The notes beneath the pieces were generated by a model that did not search any database, was not told the DNA's origin, and saw only the letters and a program-made list of their open reading frames with translations. From Anoxybacillus tepidamans PS2 (GTDB lineage Bacteria > Bacillota > Bacilli > Bacillales > Anoxybacillaceae): a DNA stretch of 24,000 nucleotides. A program made the position numbers and the translations under genes. The stretch lies in contig NZ_JHVN01000016.1 of NCBI RefSeq assembly GCF_000620165.1, forward strand, positions 15,024-39,023. The letters run 5' to 3'. This document shows, one piece after another, positions 1 through 10,994 of this stretch. Numbering within the stretch: position 1 is the first letter of the stretch; each line of letters begins with the position of its first letter.

Positions 1-1
1 G

Positions 2-628
<627 letters not shown>

Positions 629-741
629 TCATTTAACATAAACGTAACCGATGTTTAACTCGATTGTAACACGGCTGAAATAATTTTCCTTTATGATAAA
701 GGTAAGTAATTGACCCCCTTTTATATAAATCCATTTTAAGC

Positions 742-770
742 GCACGGGTATCTTCCCCGTGCTTCTTTTT
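742..770 (+). terminator. Rho-independent terminator downstream of trxB
   Basis: Stem GCACGGG (742-748) pairs with CCCGTGC (756-762) and is followed by the T-rich run ttcttttttt. Confidence 0.7.
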
Positions 771-884
771 TGGCATTTTTCACTTTTTCAAGCAAGAGCC
801 TGTTGACGATATCCAACTAGCACCATATTCGCAGAAATAGTATAATAAAGTAAATTGTACTCAAGTGATGTTGAGGTGAGCGTG

Positions 885-1343
885 TTGCAACGCGTAACAA
901 ATTGTGTCTTATTAAAAGATGGAAATGTATTGTTATTACAAAAGCCGCGACGCGGTTGGTGGGTCGCTCCCGGCGGCAAAATGGAACAAGGAGAAACAAT
1001 TAGAGAAGCATGCGTTCGCGAATACCGTGAGGAAACAGGAATTTATTTGAAAAATCCTGACCTCAAAGGCGTGTTTACAATTCTAATTAAAGATGGGGAA
1101 CAAATCGTTTCTGAGTGGATGATGTTTACATTTCTTGCTACTGAGTTCGATGGGGAGCATGTTTCGCATTCTGAAGAGGGGACGCTCCAGTGGCACCCTG
1201 TGGAAACGATTCGCGAACTTCCGATGGCGCCGGGGGATTATCATATTTTGGACTATGTGCTGAAAGGTTCCGGTTTAATGTACGGTACGTTTGTATATAC
1301 AGAAGATTTTCAGCTGCTTTCTTATCGATTAGACCCAAGTTGA
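885..1343 (+). CDS. yvcI: Nudix hydrolase (YvcI-like)
   Basis: Nudix box GGKMEQGETIREACVREYREETG. The ORF track starts at TTG 855. GAGGTGAG at 873-880 favours TTG 885 (or GTG 882) as the real start, so the start is uncertain. Confidence 0.85.
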   Translation: MQRVTNCVLLKDGNVLLLQKPRRGWWVAPGGKMEQGETIREACVREYREETGIYLKNPDLKGVFTILIKDGEQIVSEWMMFTFLATEFDGEHVSHSEEGTLQWHPVETIRELPMAPGDYHILDYVLKGSGLMYGTFVYTEDFQLLSYRLDPS

Positions 1344-1358
1344 GGGGAGAGAATGAGA

Positions 1359-2252
1359 ATGAGCACAGGCTCAATAAGCGACATTCAAATGGTCATCATT
1401 ACCGGTATGTCAGGAGCGGGCAAAACGGTAGCGATTCAAAGTTTTGAAGATTTAGGATTTTTTTGTGTTGACAATCTTCCGCCAACGTTGCTTCCAAAAT
1501 TTTTGGAGTTAATGAAAGAATCCGGGAATAAGATGAATAAAGTAGCACTTGTGATGGATTTAAGGAGCCGCGACTTTTTTGATAGTTTGTTTGCTGCGCT
1601 AGATGATTTAGCCGAACGTTCATGGGTAACGCCGCAAATTTTATTTCTTGACGCGAAAGATTCCACTTTGGTGGCGCGCTATAAGGAAACGCGGCGCACT
1701 CATCCGCTCGCTCCGAACGGATTGCCGCTTGAGGGCATTCGATTAGAGAGAGAGTTGTTGGAGGAACTAAAAGGAAGAGCGCAAATCATTTACGATACAT
1801 CCGACTTAAAGCCAAGGGAATTACGTGAAAAGATTTTGCAGCAATTTTCTTCTCATGCGCATCAAACATTTACTGTAAATGTTGTTTCGTTTGGCTTTAA
1901 GTACGGGCTGCCTATTGACGCGGATTTAGTATTTGATGTAAGATTTTTGCCAAATCCGCATTATATCGAACATATGCGCCCGAAGACGGGACTTGATGAA
2001 GAAGTATCTTCCTACGTTCTCAAGTGGAACGAAACGCAAAAATTTCTTGAAAAAGTGATCGATTTATTGACTTTTATGCTGCCGCATTATAAACGTGAAG
2101 GAAAAAGCCAACTGGTGATCGCGATCGGTTGCACGGGCGGACAGCACCGTTCTGTGGCGCTTGCCGAATATATTGCTAACCATTTTTCCGCCGACTATAA
2201 AACGCACGTTTCCCATCGCGATATGGGAAAAAGAAAGGAAAAGCATTCATGA
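1359..2252 (+). CDS. rapZ: RNase adapter / nucleotide-binding protein RapZ (YvcJ)
   Basis: Walker A motif GMSGAGKT and the C-terminal [11 protein letters not shown] motif. The second ATG (1359) sits 9 nt after GAGGGGAG and gives [16 protein letters not shown], like B. subtilis YvcJ. ATG 1353 is an alternative start. Confidence 0.92.
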   Translation: MSTGSISDIQMVIITGMSGAGKTVAIQSFEDLGFFCVDNLPPTLLPKFLELMKESGNKMNKVALVMDLRSRDFFDSLFAALDDLAERSWVTPQILFLDAKDSTLVARYKETRRTHPLAPNGLPLEGIRLERELLEELKGRAQIIYDTSDLKPRELREKILQQFSSHAHQTFTVNVVSFGFKYGLPIDADLVFDVRFLPNPHYIEHMRPKTGLDEEVSSYVLKWNETQKFLEKVIDLLTFMLPHYKREGKSQLVIAIGCTGGQHRSVALAEYIANHFSADYKTHVSHRDMGKRKEKHS

Positions 2253-3211
2253 GTGCGAAACTATATCCGAAGATCGTGATCATTGGCGGCGGAACGGGAC
2301 TGCCCGTATTGCTCAGAGGGCTAAAGCAATATGCTGTTGACATTACGGCGATTGTGACTGTTGCGGATGATGGAGGCAGCTCAGGAAGGCTTCGCGATGA
2401 GCTCGATATTCCTCCGCCCGGTGACATTCGCAACGTATTGGCGGCCTTGTCGGATGTCGAACCGCTGATTGTTGAACTGTTTCAGCACCGATTTGAAAAT
2501 GGAAACGGTTTATCGGGACATTCGGTAGGCAATTTAATTTTAGCGGCGATGACATCGATTACAGGGGATTTCGTGAAGGCGATTCGTGAAATGAGTAAAG
2601 TGCTGAACGTGCGCGGCAAAGTGCTTCCAGCAGCCAATAAAAGCGTTGTCCTTCATGCAGAAATGGAAGATGGGACGATTGTTTCTGGAGAATCAAAAAT
2701 TCCTTATTCGGGAAAAAAAATTAAAAAGGTATTTTTAACTCCAGAGCAAATCGAGCCGCTTGAAGAAGCACTGCATGAAATTCGTTGCGCTGATTTAATT
2801 GTCATCGGACCAGGGAGTTTGTATACAAGCATTTTACCTAACCTATTAGTCCCGAAAATCGGTCAGGAAGTGTGTGGGGCCAAAGCGAAAAAAATTTATA
2901 TATGCAATGTCATGACCCAGGCAGGAGAAACATTACATTACACAGCGAGCGATCATGTGAAAGCGCTGTATGACCATATGGAATGTGCGTTTTTGGACAT
3001 GATTCTCGTCAATAGTGGGCACATTCCTAAGGATATTCAGCAGCGTTATGCGGAAGAGCTGTCAGAGCCAGTCAAAGAAGATGTTGAAAAATTAGAAGAA
3101 TTGGGATTGACGGTGATTCGCGAGCATATTGTAAGTTATGAAGACCGCGTTATTCGTCATGACACAAAAAAAGTAGCGGCATTGCTCGTTTCACTTTTAA
3201 AAACGCGTTAG
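2249..3211 (+). CDS. yvcK: Gluconeogenesis factor YvcK (CofD-like, UPF0052)
   Basis: N-terminal [10 protein letters not shown] and [14 protein letters not shown] motifs. The ATGA start/stop overlap with rapZ suggests translational coupling. Confidence 0.9.
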   Translation: MSAKLYPKIVIIGGGTGLPVLLRGLKQYAVDITAIVTVADDGGSSGRLRDELDIPPPGDIRNVLAALSDVEPLIVELFQHRFENGNGLSGHSVGNLILAAMTSITGDFVKAIREMSKVLNVRGKVLPAANKSVVLHAEMEDGTIVSGESKIPYSGKKIKKVFLTPEQIEPLEEALHEIRCADLIVIGPGSLYTSILPNLLVPKIGQEVCGAKAKKIYICNVMTQAGETLHYTASDHVKALYDHMECAFLDMILVNSGHIPKDIQQRYAEELSEPVKEDVEKLEELGLTVIREHIVSYEDRVIRHDTKKVAALLVSLLKTR

Positions 3212-3260
3212 GACCGCACCTCCTTATATTTTTCTAAAACGCTGAATCATGGAGGTGAGA

Positions 3261-4226
3261 ATGTTGTCGTTTGCATCGGAAACAAAAAAAGAATTAACGA
3301 ATTTAGAAGTCAAGCCTTGCTGCTTAAAAGCAGAACTGTCTGCCTTGTTGCGCATGAATGGCTCCCTTTCCTTTTCAAACCGCAAGCTCACGGTGGATGT
3401 GCAAACGGAAAATGCTGCAATTGCCAGGCGCATTTATACGCTGATGAAGAAAGGATATACAGTTGGCGTTGAGCTGCTTGTGCGCAAAAAAATGCGCTTA
3501 AAGAAAAATAACGTATACATTGTCCGGGTAGTAGAAGGTGCCCGCGAATTGCTAGAGGATTTAAAAATTTTGGAAGGATCTTTTTCATTCATTCGAGTCA
3601 TTTTGCCGGAGCTTGTCAAGAAAAAATGCTGCAAGCGTTCCTACCTGCGCGGCGCATTCCTCGCCGGCGGGTCGGTCAATAACCCGGAAACGTCCTCGTA
3701 CCATTTAGAAATTTTTTCGCTTTATAAAGAACATAACGATTCGTTATGTGAATTAATGAACAGCCATTTTCTGCTGCATGCGAAAACGCTGGAACGAAAA
3801 AAAGGATTTATTACGTATTTAAAAGAAGCGGAAAAAATTTCGGAGTTTCTCAATATTATTGGCGCCCATCAAGCGCTGCTCCGTTTCGAGGACGTTCGCA
3901 TCGTTCGCGATATGAGAAATTCGGTGAACCGTCTTGTCAATTGCGAAACGGCCAATCTCAATAAAACGATTGGAGCCGCCATTCGTCAGGTGGAAAACAT
4001 TCGCTACATTGATGAGACGATCGGGCTCGGCGCACTTCCTGACAAGTTGCGGGAAATTGCTGAGTTGCGCGTCACCTACCAAGATGTCACATTAAAAGAA
4101 CTAGGGGAAATGGTATCCGGAGGGAAAATTAGTAAATCGGGCATTAATCATCGGTTGCGGAAAATCGATGAAATTGCTGAAAAGCTACGGGCGGGCCAAC
4201 CCGTAGACTTTCATAAATCACTTTAG
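3261..4226 (+). CDS. whiA: Sporulation/cell-division regulator WhiA (YvcL)
   Basis: [15 protein letters not shown]... matches the WhiA N-terminus, and there is a C-terminal HTH ([13 protein letters not shown]). GGAGGTGA at 3251-3258 supports ATG 3261 over the ORF-track start at 3249. Confidence 0.92.
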   Translation: MLSFASETKKELTNLEVKPCCLKAELSALLRMNGSLSFSNRKLTVDVQTENAAIARRIYTLMKKGYTVGVELLVRKKMRLKKNNVYIVRVVEGARELLEDLKILEGSFSFIRVILPELVKKKCCKRSYLRGAFLAGGSVNNPETSSYHLEIFSLYKEHNDSLCELMNSHFLLHAKTLERKKGFITYLKEAEKISEFLNIIGAHQALLRFEDVRIVRDMRNSVNRLVNCETANLNKTIGAAIRQVENIRYIDETIGLGALPDKLREIAELRVTYQDVTLKELGEMVSGGKISKSGINHRLRKIDEIAEKLRAGQPVDFHKSL

Positions 4227-4244
4227 GAGAAGGGGAGAAGAAAC

Positions 4245-4502
4245 ATGGTGGAGAAGCAAGTGAAAGTATTGTTGAAAACCGGTTTGCAAGCGCGTCCTGC
4301 CGCATTGTTTGTTCAGGAAGCGAACCGCTTTTCTTCGGATATTTACCTTGAAAAAGACGGCAAAAAAGTGAATGCTAAAAGTATTATGGGTTTGATGAGT
4401 TTGGCGGTCAGCTCTGGTTCGGATATTACTTTGATCGCTGACGGCCCGGACGAGAAAGAGGCACTCGAAGCGTTAGCGAAATATATACAAAATGAGGCTT
4501 GA
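4245..4502 (+). CDS. crh: HPr-like catabolite repression protein Crh
   Basis: 85 aa, near-colinear with B. subtilis Crh as I remember it. It has KTGLQARPAALFVQEANRF with Gln in place of the HPr His-15, and a regulatory Ser in KSIMGLMSL. Confidence 0.93.
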   Translation: MVEKQVKVLLKTGLQARPAALFVQEANRFSSDIYLEKDGKKVNAKSIMGLMSLAVSSGSDITLIADGPDEKEALEALAKYIQNEA

Positions 4503-4504
4503 TT

Positions 4505-4539
4505 AAAAAGGCTGTTCTCGAAAAGAGAACAGCCTTTTT
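4505..4539. terminator. Bidirectional intrinsic terminator shared by convergent crh and clpP
   Basis: The sequence is aaaaa-GGCTGTTCTC-gaaaa-GAGAACAGCC-ttttt: a perfect 10-bp stem flanked by an A-run and a T-run. It lies between the crh stop (4502) and the clpP stop (4542). Confidence 0.9.
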
Positions 4540-4541
4540 GA

Positions 4542-5132
4542 TTACTTCTCGTCAACGCGCGTTAAAACGCGGTCGATCAATCCGTATTCTTTTGCTTTTT
4601 CCGCCGTCATAAAGTTATCGCGGTCTGTATCGCGCTCGATCACTTCAATTGGCTGGCCCGTATTTTCAGAAAGAATGCGGTTTAATTTATCGCGTAAGAA
4701 TAAGATGCGTTTTGCAGCGATTTCAATTTCTGTCGCTTGACCTTGTACGCCGCCAAGAGGTTGGTGAATCATAATTTCACTGTTTGGCAATGCAAACCGT
4801 TTTCCTTTAGCACCTGCTGCAAGCAGGAATGCCCCCATCGATGCAGCCATGCCGATGCAAATAGTGGATACATCCGGCTTAATAAACTGCATCGTATCAT
4901 AAATCGCCATTCCAGCTGTAATCGAACCACCTGGGCTGTTAATGTAAAGTGAAATATCTTTTTCCGGGTCTTCAGCGGCTAAAAATAAAAGCTGAGAAAC
5001 AATCGAATTGGCTACATGGTCGTCAATCGCGCTTCCTAAAATAATAATGCGGTCTTTAAGTAAGCGGGAGTAAATGTCGTATGCGCGTTCTCCGCGACTC
5101 GTCTGCTCAATGACCGTAGGAATTAAATTCAT
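4542..5132 (-). CDS. clpP: ATP-dependent Clp protease proteolytic subunit ClpP
   Basis: [30 protein letters not shown]... The catalytic Ser lies in GMAASMGAF and the His in MIHQP. RBS AAAGGAGGAA lies on the minus strand at 5137-5146. Confidence 0.97.
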   Translation of the reverse strand: MNLIPTVIEQTSRGERAYDIYSRLLKDRIIILGSAIDDHVANSIVSQLLFLAAEDPEKDISLYINSPGGSITAGMAIYDTMQFIKPDVSTICIGMAASMGAFLLAAGAKGKRFALPNSEIMIHQPLGGVQGQATEIEIAAKRILFLRDKLNRILSENTGQPIEVIERDTDRDNFMTAEKAKEYGLIDRVLTRVDEK

Positions 5133-5189
5133 GAAGTTTCCTCCTTTACCAATCGGTTAAAATCCTATGTATTCTTATGATACATAATT

Positions 5190-5206
5190 GGTCAATGAAG
5201 GTCAAA
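5190..5206. promoter_or_regulatory. CtsR operator (tandem heptad) in the clpP promoter region
   Basis: GGTCAAT-GAA-GGTCAAA matches the CtsR consensus (A/G)GTCAAA-NAN-(A/G)GTCAAA. It lies 58-74 nt upstream of the clpP start. On the minus strand the heptads supply TTGACC -35-like hexamers. Confidence 0.85.
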
Positions 5207-5324
5207 CAAAAAGCGTTGATCCTTCTTGTACATTATTATTCGTCTTTTCCTTCGCTCATCCCTTTTTTTCAGCATATCCGCTTTTCTACTTTTTAAACAC
5301 TTCTCTTCCCGATTATAAAAACAG

Positions 5325-5388
5325 CTTTTAACATATCCACGGATTCATCTCCTACCTCTAAACGAGAGTGTAGGTGGGAAAGGTTCAT
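5325..5388 (+). repeat. Hairpin repeat copy A (REP/PATE-like intergenic element)
   Basis: cttttaacatatccacGGATTCATCTCCTACCTctaaacgagagtgtAGGTGGGaaaggttca. The stem is CCTACCT (5351-5357) with AGGTGGG (5372-5378), including one G-T wobble. It aligns with copy B across flanks, stem and loop. Confidence 0.8.
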
Positions 5389-5482
5389 TATTACAGAAGG
5401 AATTTTATGGTGTGAAGGCGAATTTCTATTAGTAAGCAAATGTTACTCATTGTAAATATGGCTAAATCGCATTGGATAAGCC

Positions 5483-5547
5483 TTTTTTAACATAATCCAC
5501 CGAGAAGTCTCCCACCTCTGAACGGAGTGTAGGTGGGGGAGGTTCAC
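5483..5547 (+). repeat. Hairpin repeat copy B
   Basis: ttttttaacataatccaccGAGAAGTCTCCCACCTctgaacggagtgtAGGTGGGggaggttcac. The stem CCCACCT (5511-5517) with AGGTGGG (5531-5537) is perfect. Orientation is the same as copy A, and the two stems are 160 bp apart. Confidence 0.8.
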
Positions 5548-5764
5548 AGGAACAGCAAAAAAGCGACATTCTTCTCTGATCCGACTTGCTATATCGGTTT
5601 ATATCCTAACTTTAAAGGGATGTCATGGGGGTAAAACTTAAAAAATATTACTCGAAAATGATTTTATGTAAAAAATGGTAATTAAAATTCAGAATGGTGA
5701 GTAATATTTTTTGGAGGTTTTAGCGTTGCTCTGAAAGTCATATTTTTTGTGGAGGGGAGAAGAA

Positions 5765-6610
5765 TTGAAAAAAGTTATGACTTTCCGCCTTTTATCTTTA
5801 CTCGTTGTTTTGATGTTATGGTTTTCAGCTGTTCCTTTTACCCAAAAAGCATTGGCAGCCAGTTATAATAGTTATATGCCGGATCCAACAAAGATTTTAC
5901 GCTATGCCTACTATGAAGGAACTAGCATTAAAGAGTTTAGCCATGTTCAAAATCAGCAATATATATGGAAAGAGATCTACTCTTATGGCGAGACAGATCA
6001 TACGTCTACTGAAACGTATCGAGAAGATCAACACGGTCTTGTATATGACGACGGCTATTCTGTTTTGAAACTTGTTTATCCGCTTCAACTAGGAAAAACT
6101 TGGTCTTATGTCAATGGCAACGGAAAGAAAATTACTTGTACAGTTGTCGCGTTAAATAAAACGGTGAAAACCAAGGCGGGCACATTTCAAAATGTCGTTG
6201 AGGTCAAAGAAAGCGATGGAAGGCATCGATATTACGCAAAGAATTTAGGCTTGATCAAATCGGAAAACCCTTCGCTCGTTTATGGCGACCCGGAATATGT
6301 AGAATTAATTTCGATCAAGAAAAAAGTATCCGTAATGTGGGGAACAGAGGAATTAAAAAGAGGGCAAATCGGGAGAATTACTATTGTCAAGCCGATTAAT
6401 TTATGGAAAAGGGACAAAACAAATCAATTACACTTTGTAAGAGTGTTAAAGCCAGGCGAACGATATCGTGTATATACGTATGATCATCGCTATGGAGGTC
6501 AGTATGGTGTAGGCGGCGGGTATTATATTACAAAAATACCTTCACATATTAAATATGAAACCCCATCAAAACGGTTGTTAGAGATGGTTAAAAAGTTATA
6601 TTCAGAATAA
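5765..6610 (+). CDS. Uncharacterised secreted protein (signal peptide; possible C-terminal SH3b-like domain)
   Basis: GGAGGGGA at 5751-5758 precedes TTG 5765. The N-terminus LKKVMTFRLLSLLVVLMLWFSAVPFTQKALA|AS looks like a Sec signal peptide with an A-x-A cleavage site. The C-terminal ~70 aa (GRITIVKPINLWKRD...LKPGERYRVY...GGGYYITK) resemble bacterial SH3 domains; that is inference only. Confidence 0.7.
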   Translation: MKKVMTFRLLSLLVVLMLWFSAVPFTQKALAASYNSYMPDPTKILRYAYYEGTSIKEFSHVQNQQYIWKEIYSYGETDHTSTETYREDQHGLVYDDGYSVLKLVYPLQLGKTWSYVNGNGKKITCTVVALNKTVKTKAGTFQNVVEVKESDGRHRYYAKNLGLIKSENPSLVYGDPEYVELISIKKKVSVMWGTEELKRGQIGRITIVKPINLWKRDKTNQLHFVRVLKPGERYRVYTYDHRYGGQYGVGGGYYITKIPSHIKYETPSKRLLEMVKKLYSE

Positions 6611-6654
6611 AAAAGCTAAGAGATATATGCCAGAAGAGTCAAAGTATTTTATGG

Positions 6655-6686
6655 AGCAGCTGTGGCCATAAGGGGCTGCAGCTGCT
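6655..6686 (+). terminator. Stem-loop downstream of the secreted-protein gene (possible terminator)
   Basis: AGCAGCTGTGGCC-ataagg-GGGCTGCAGCTGCT forms about a 13-bp stem with two wobble pairs. The downstream T-tract is poor (tcactttatctgtatttt). Confidence 0.45.
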
Positions 6687-6843
6687 TCACTTTATCTGTA
6701 TTTTCACAGAGGATGGGTTTTGTTTACAGCGTTTGTAACTGGGAGGCGTGTTATAGCCAATGAGTGAATACTTTGGGCGCCCATTCCAATGCAATGTTAA
6801 TAAACCAGGAAAATTATAGGAATGTATGAAAATTATTTTTCTC

Positions 6844-6872
6844 TTGCAAAAACAACCCCTATTCACTATAAT
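6844..6872 (+). promoter_or_regulatory. SigA-type promoter for tRNA-Arg
   Basis: TTGCAA (6844-6849), a 17-nt spacer, then TATAAT (6867-6872). It lies about 22 nt upstream of the tRNA 5' end. Confidence 0.7.
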
Positions 6873-6894
6873 TGAATGTGCAACTGAAAATTTT

Positions 6895-6966
6895 GCCCTC
6901 GTAGTGTAGTGGATAGCACGAGAGATTCCGGTTCTCTTAGCGTGGGTTCGAATCCTGCCGAGGGCG
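6895..6966 (+). tRNA. trnQ-Arg: tRNA-Arg (anticodon CCG); CCA not encoded
   Basis: A cloverleaf can be read by eye. Acceptor GCCCTCG/CGAGGGC; D arm GTGT-agtggata-GCAC; anticodon arm AGAGA-TTCCGGT-TCTCT with CCG at 6928-6930; T arm GTGGG-TTCGAAT-CCTGC; discriminator G, followed by taaaa. Confidence 0.9.
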
Positions 6967-6973
6967 TAAAAAA

Positions 6974-7007
6974 AGACCTGTCATCATTTGGTGACAGGTC
7001 TTTTTTT
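6974..7007 (+). terminator. Intrinsic terminator after tRNA-Arg
   Basis: AGACCTGTCA (6974-6983) pairs with TGACAGGTCT (6992-7001), followed by the T-run TTTTTTT. Confidence 0.88.
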
Positions 7008-7127
7008 GCCGATTGGCTGAATATATATCAAAACAATCAATCGTTTGCAGAGAAGTGCGAAAAAATTTATTTCCATATACGTTTTCAATGTCTTGATGTA
7101 CAATAATGAAGAAGGGGGCGTGAGATC

Positions 7128-8426
7128 ATGAGAGCGGAGCTGTTTCAAGAGCAACGCTTGCACCTCTCGTTGACAAAAGAACTCACTCAAGCGATTGAGT
7201 TATTGCAATATTCTACGCTGGAACTGCGTTCTTTTTTATATGAGCAGTCATTAGAGAATCCTTTTATTGAAATTAGGGATCATAAACCAATTGGCACTCA
7301 TAAACAACCGTGGAACGGAGAAAAGAAAAACTGGATTGAGAATATCGGAAAATCGTCAGAAACGTTAGCAACCCATTTAAAAGCACAGCTTCATACGATT
7401 TCTTTGTCCCCGAAAAAACGGCACGTTCTTCATTATTTAATTGCCTCCCTTGACGACGATGGCTATTTGCGGATTGATATGAAAGAAACCGCTATATTGT
7501 TAGCGCTATCAGAAGAAGAGTTGGAAGAGTGCGTGCAGCTTTTGCAGTCGCTTGAACCAGCGGGAGTGGGGGCACGCAGCCTGCAGGAATGCTTATTGCT
7601 GCAGCTTGAGCGGTTGCCTGTGCGGTATGAACTCGCTGAGCAGATCGTCGCCCATCATTTTGCAGCGTTTGCTGAAAAAGCTTGGAAGGCGTTGGCGAAG
7701 CAACTGCGGGTTAAAGTGTCCGATTTACAGAATGTTTGGGATTTCATTCGCACGCTCGAGCCGCGGCCAGGCAGCCACTATGCAGGGGAAGAACCGCATT
7801 TCATTGTGCCAGATGTAGTTGTCACGCAGCGCGAAGGCAAAATTTACGTGCTGTTGAACGATGATGTTCTTCCTGAGGTCGTTTGGAATCATGCTTACGA
7901 GAAAAAAGTCACAAACGAACATGATGATCAAACAGAATCATTTATTAAAGAAAAGTACCGCCAGTTTATATGGCTGGCCAAAAGCTTAGAACAACGAAAA
8001 CAGACGTTAGTCCATGTCGTAAAAGAAATGATGGAGCGACAAAAGCAATGCCTGCAAGAAGGATTGGCTGCCCTAAAGCCCTTGACGATGCGTGACATTG
8101 CAGAGGCTTTGAATATCCATGAATCGACGGTCAGCCGTGCGGTAAAAAACAAATACGTTCAAACGCCATTTGGCACAGTTGAACTTCGCCATTTTTTTAC
8201 GAACTCTCTTTCTTCATCAAATAATGAAGAAGAAGCGTCAGCAGCAAAAACGAAAGCGCTTATTAAACAGTTGATCGATGGCGAAGATAAACGCGCTCCT
8301 CTGTCAGATCAGGCGATTGCCGATTTGCTAGGCAAAGAGCACGGGATCGCCATTTCACGGAGAACTGTAACGAAATATCGGGAACAACTTCATATTCCAT
8401 CGTCGGCGAAAAGAAAACGGTATTAG
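7128..8426 (+). CDS. sigL: RNA polymerase sigma-54 factor (SigL/RpoN)
   Basis: The N-terminal region I reads Q-rich/leucine heptad: LFQEQRLHLSLTKELTQAIELLQ. There is a C-terminal HTH and the RpoN box ISRRTVTKYREQL. Confidence 0.95.
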   Translation: MRAELFQEQRLHLSLTKELTQAIELLQYSTLELRSFLYEQSLENPFIEIRDHKPIGTHKQPWNGEKKNWIENIGKSSETLATHLKAQLHTISLSPKKRHVLHYLIASLDDDGYLRIDMKETAILLALSEEELEECVQLLQSLEPAGVGARSLQECLLLQLERLPVRYELAEQIVAHHFAAFAEKAWKALAKQLRVKVSDLQNVWDFIRTLEPRPGSHYAGEEPHFIVPDVVVTQREGKIYVLLNDDVLPEVVWNHAYEKKVTNEHDDQTESFIKEKYRQFIWLAKSLEQRKQTLVHVVKEMMERQKQCLQEGLAALKPLTMRDIAEALNIHESTVSRAVKNKYVQTPFGTVELRHFFTNSLSSSNNEEEASAAKTKALIKQLIDGEDKRAPLSDQAIADLLGKEHGIAISRRTVTKYREQLHIPSSAKRKRY

Positions 8427-8429
8427 GAT

Positions 8430-8684
8430 GTGAACGTGATGATTGTACAGCTTTATTCCAAAATCGACTGTCCTTTATGCGAAAAAGCAAAATTCATTCT
8501 ATCAGAACTACAAAGTGAGTTAGCATTTGAGATTGAAGAGATTGATATTTATCAAGATGACGCGCTGCTGGAGAAATATCAGCTTATGATTCCTGTCGTT
8601 TCCGTTGAGGGGGAGGAACTCGCCTACGGGCTTATTCAAAAAGATTTTGTAAGAAAGCGTTTACTTGAACGAATGTACCGTTGA
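8430..8684 (+). CDS. Small glutaredoxin-like / thioredoxin-fold protein (CPLC motif)
   Basis: About 82 aa. IVQLYSKIDCPLCEKAKFIL gives a CxxC at the end of beta-1 followed by a helix, and IPVV comes later, which is typical of the Grx-like fold. The start could be GTG 8430, GTG 8436 or ATG 8439. Confidence 0.75.
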   Translation: MNVMIVQLYSKIDCPLCEKAKFILSELQSELAFEIEEIDIYQDDALLEKYQLMIPVVSVEGEELAYGLIQKDFVRKRLLERMYR

Positions 8685-8709
8685 ACATCCATGCTACTCC
8701 TGTTACAAT
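8681..8709 (+). promoter_or_regulatory. Candidate SigA promoter of the cggR-gapA operon
   Basis: TTGAAC (8681-8686), a 17-nt spacer, then TACAAT (8704-8709), preceded by TGt (extended -10). The CggR operator lies just downstream, as I recall it does in B. subtilis. Confidence 0.5.
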
Positions 8710-8737
8710 AAAGATGAGGGCAGGAGTAATTTTTTTT
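8695..8737 (+). terminator. Possible terminator after the sigL/glutaredoxin-like unit
   Basis: TACTCCTG (8695-8702) pairs with CAGGAGTA (8721-8728) and is followed by T8. The 18-nt loop is long and overlaps the putative cggR -10 element, so the call is tentative. Confidence 0.45.
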
Positions 8738-8744
8738 ACGCGAG

Positions 8745-8780
8745 CGGGACAAAATATGTCATAGCGGGACGTAAAATGTC
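8745..8780 (+). promoter_or_regulatory. CggR operator (tandem direct repeat)
   Basis: CGGGACaaaataTGTCatagCGGGACgtaaaaTGTC fits the remembered B. subtilis consensus CGGGAC-N6-TGTC-N4-CGGGAC-N6-TGTC exactly. It lies 33 nt upstream of the cggR start. Confidence 0.9.
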
Positions 8781-8812
8781 CATATACTATGAACAAGGGG
8801 AAGGGAACGAAA

Positions 8813-10880
<2,068 letters not shown>

Positions 10881-10885
10881 TTCAT

Positions 10886-10915
10886 TTGTCTTTCACGCTC
10901 AATCAAGTCTATAAT
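10886..10915 (+). promoter_or_regulatory. Candidate internal promoter upstream of pgk
   Basis: TTGTCT (10886-10891), an 18-nt spacer, then TATAAT (10910-10915), inside the 114-nt gapA-pgk spacer. As I recall, an internal pgk promoter is known in B. subtilis. Confidence 0.4.
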
Positions 10916-10994
10916 AGTGAAATGGAGAGGGGAGCGGGGGAAATCCCCACTCCCTTTCGCATGCCAAAACACGATTAAAGGAGGCCGTTTTGCC

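Noticed and set aside
688-702. The perfect palindrome CCTTTATgATAAAGG between the trxB stop and its terminator.
   Set aside because: It is a short AT-rich palindrome that can arise by chance. It has no adjacent promoter that I trust and matches no binding-site consensus that I recognise.
802-846. TTGACG (802-807) and TATAAT (841-846) upstream of the yvcI operon, considered as a promoter.
   Set aside because: The hexamers are 33 nt apart, which is incompatible with a single SigA promoter. No acceptable partner hexamer lies at 16-18 nt from either one.
2955-2970. A cre-like sequence, TGAAAGCGCTGTAT, inside yvcK.
   Set aside because: It deviates from the CcpA cre consensus at the 3' half-site and lies in the middle of a coding region.
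5625-5681. An 18-codon mini-ORF (MGVKLKKYYSKMILCKKW) with AAGGGA 4 nt upstream.
   Set aside because: It is too short, the SD spacing is poor, and I can see no supporting conservation. It could be revisited with ribosome profiling.
6909-7106. A 65-aa ORF on the + strand.
   Set aside because: It starts inside tRNA-Arg and reads through the tRNA terminator, so it is an artefact.
10917-10994. The N-terminal extension of pgk in the ORF track ([26 protein letters not shown]...).
   Set aside because: It has no RBS and runs through the spacer hairpin. The canonical Pgk N-terminus [11 protein letters not shown] starts at 10995 behind AAAGGAGG.
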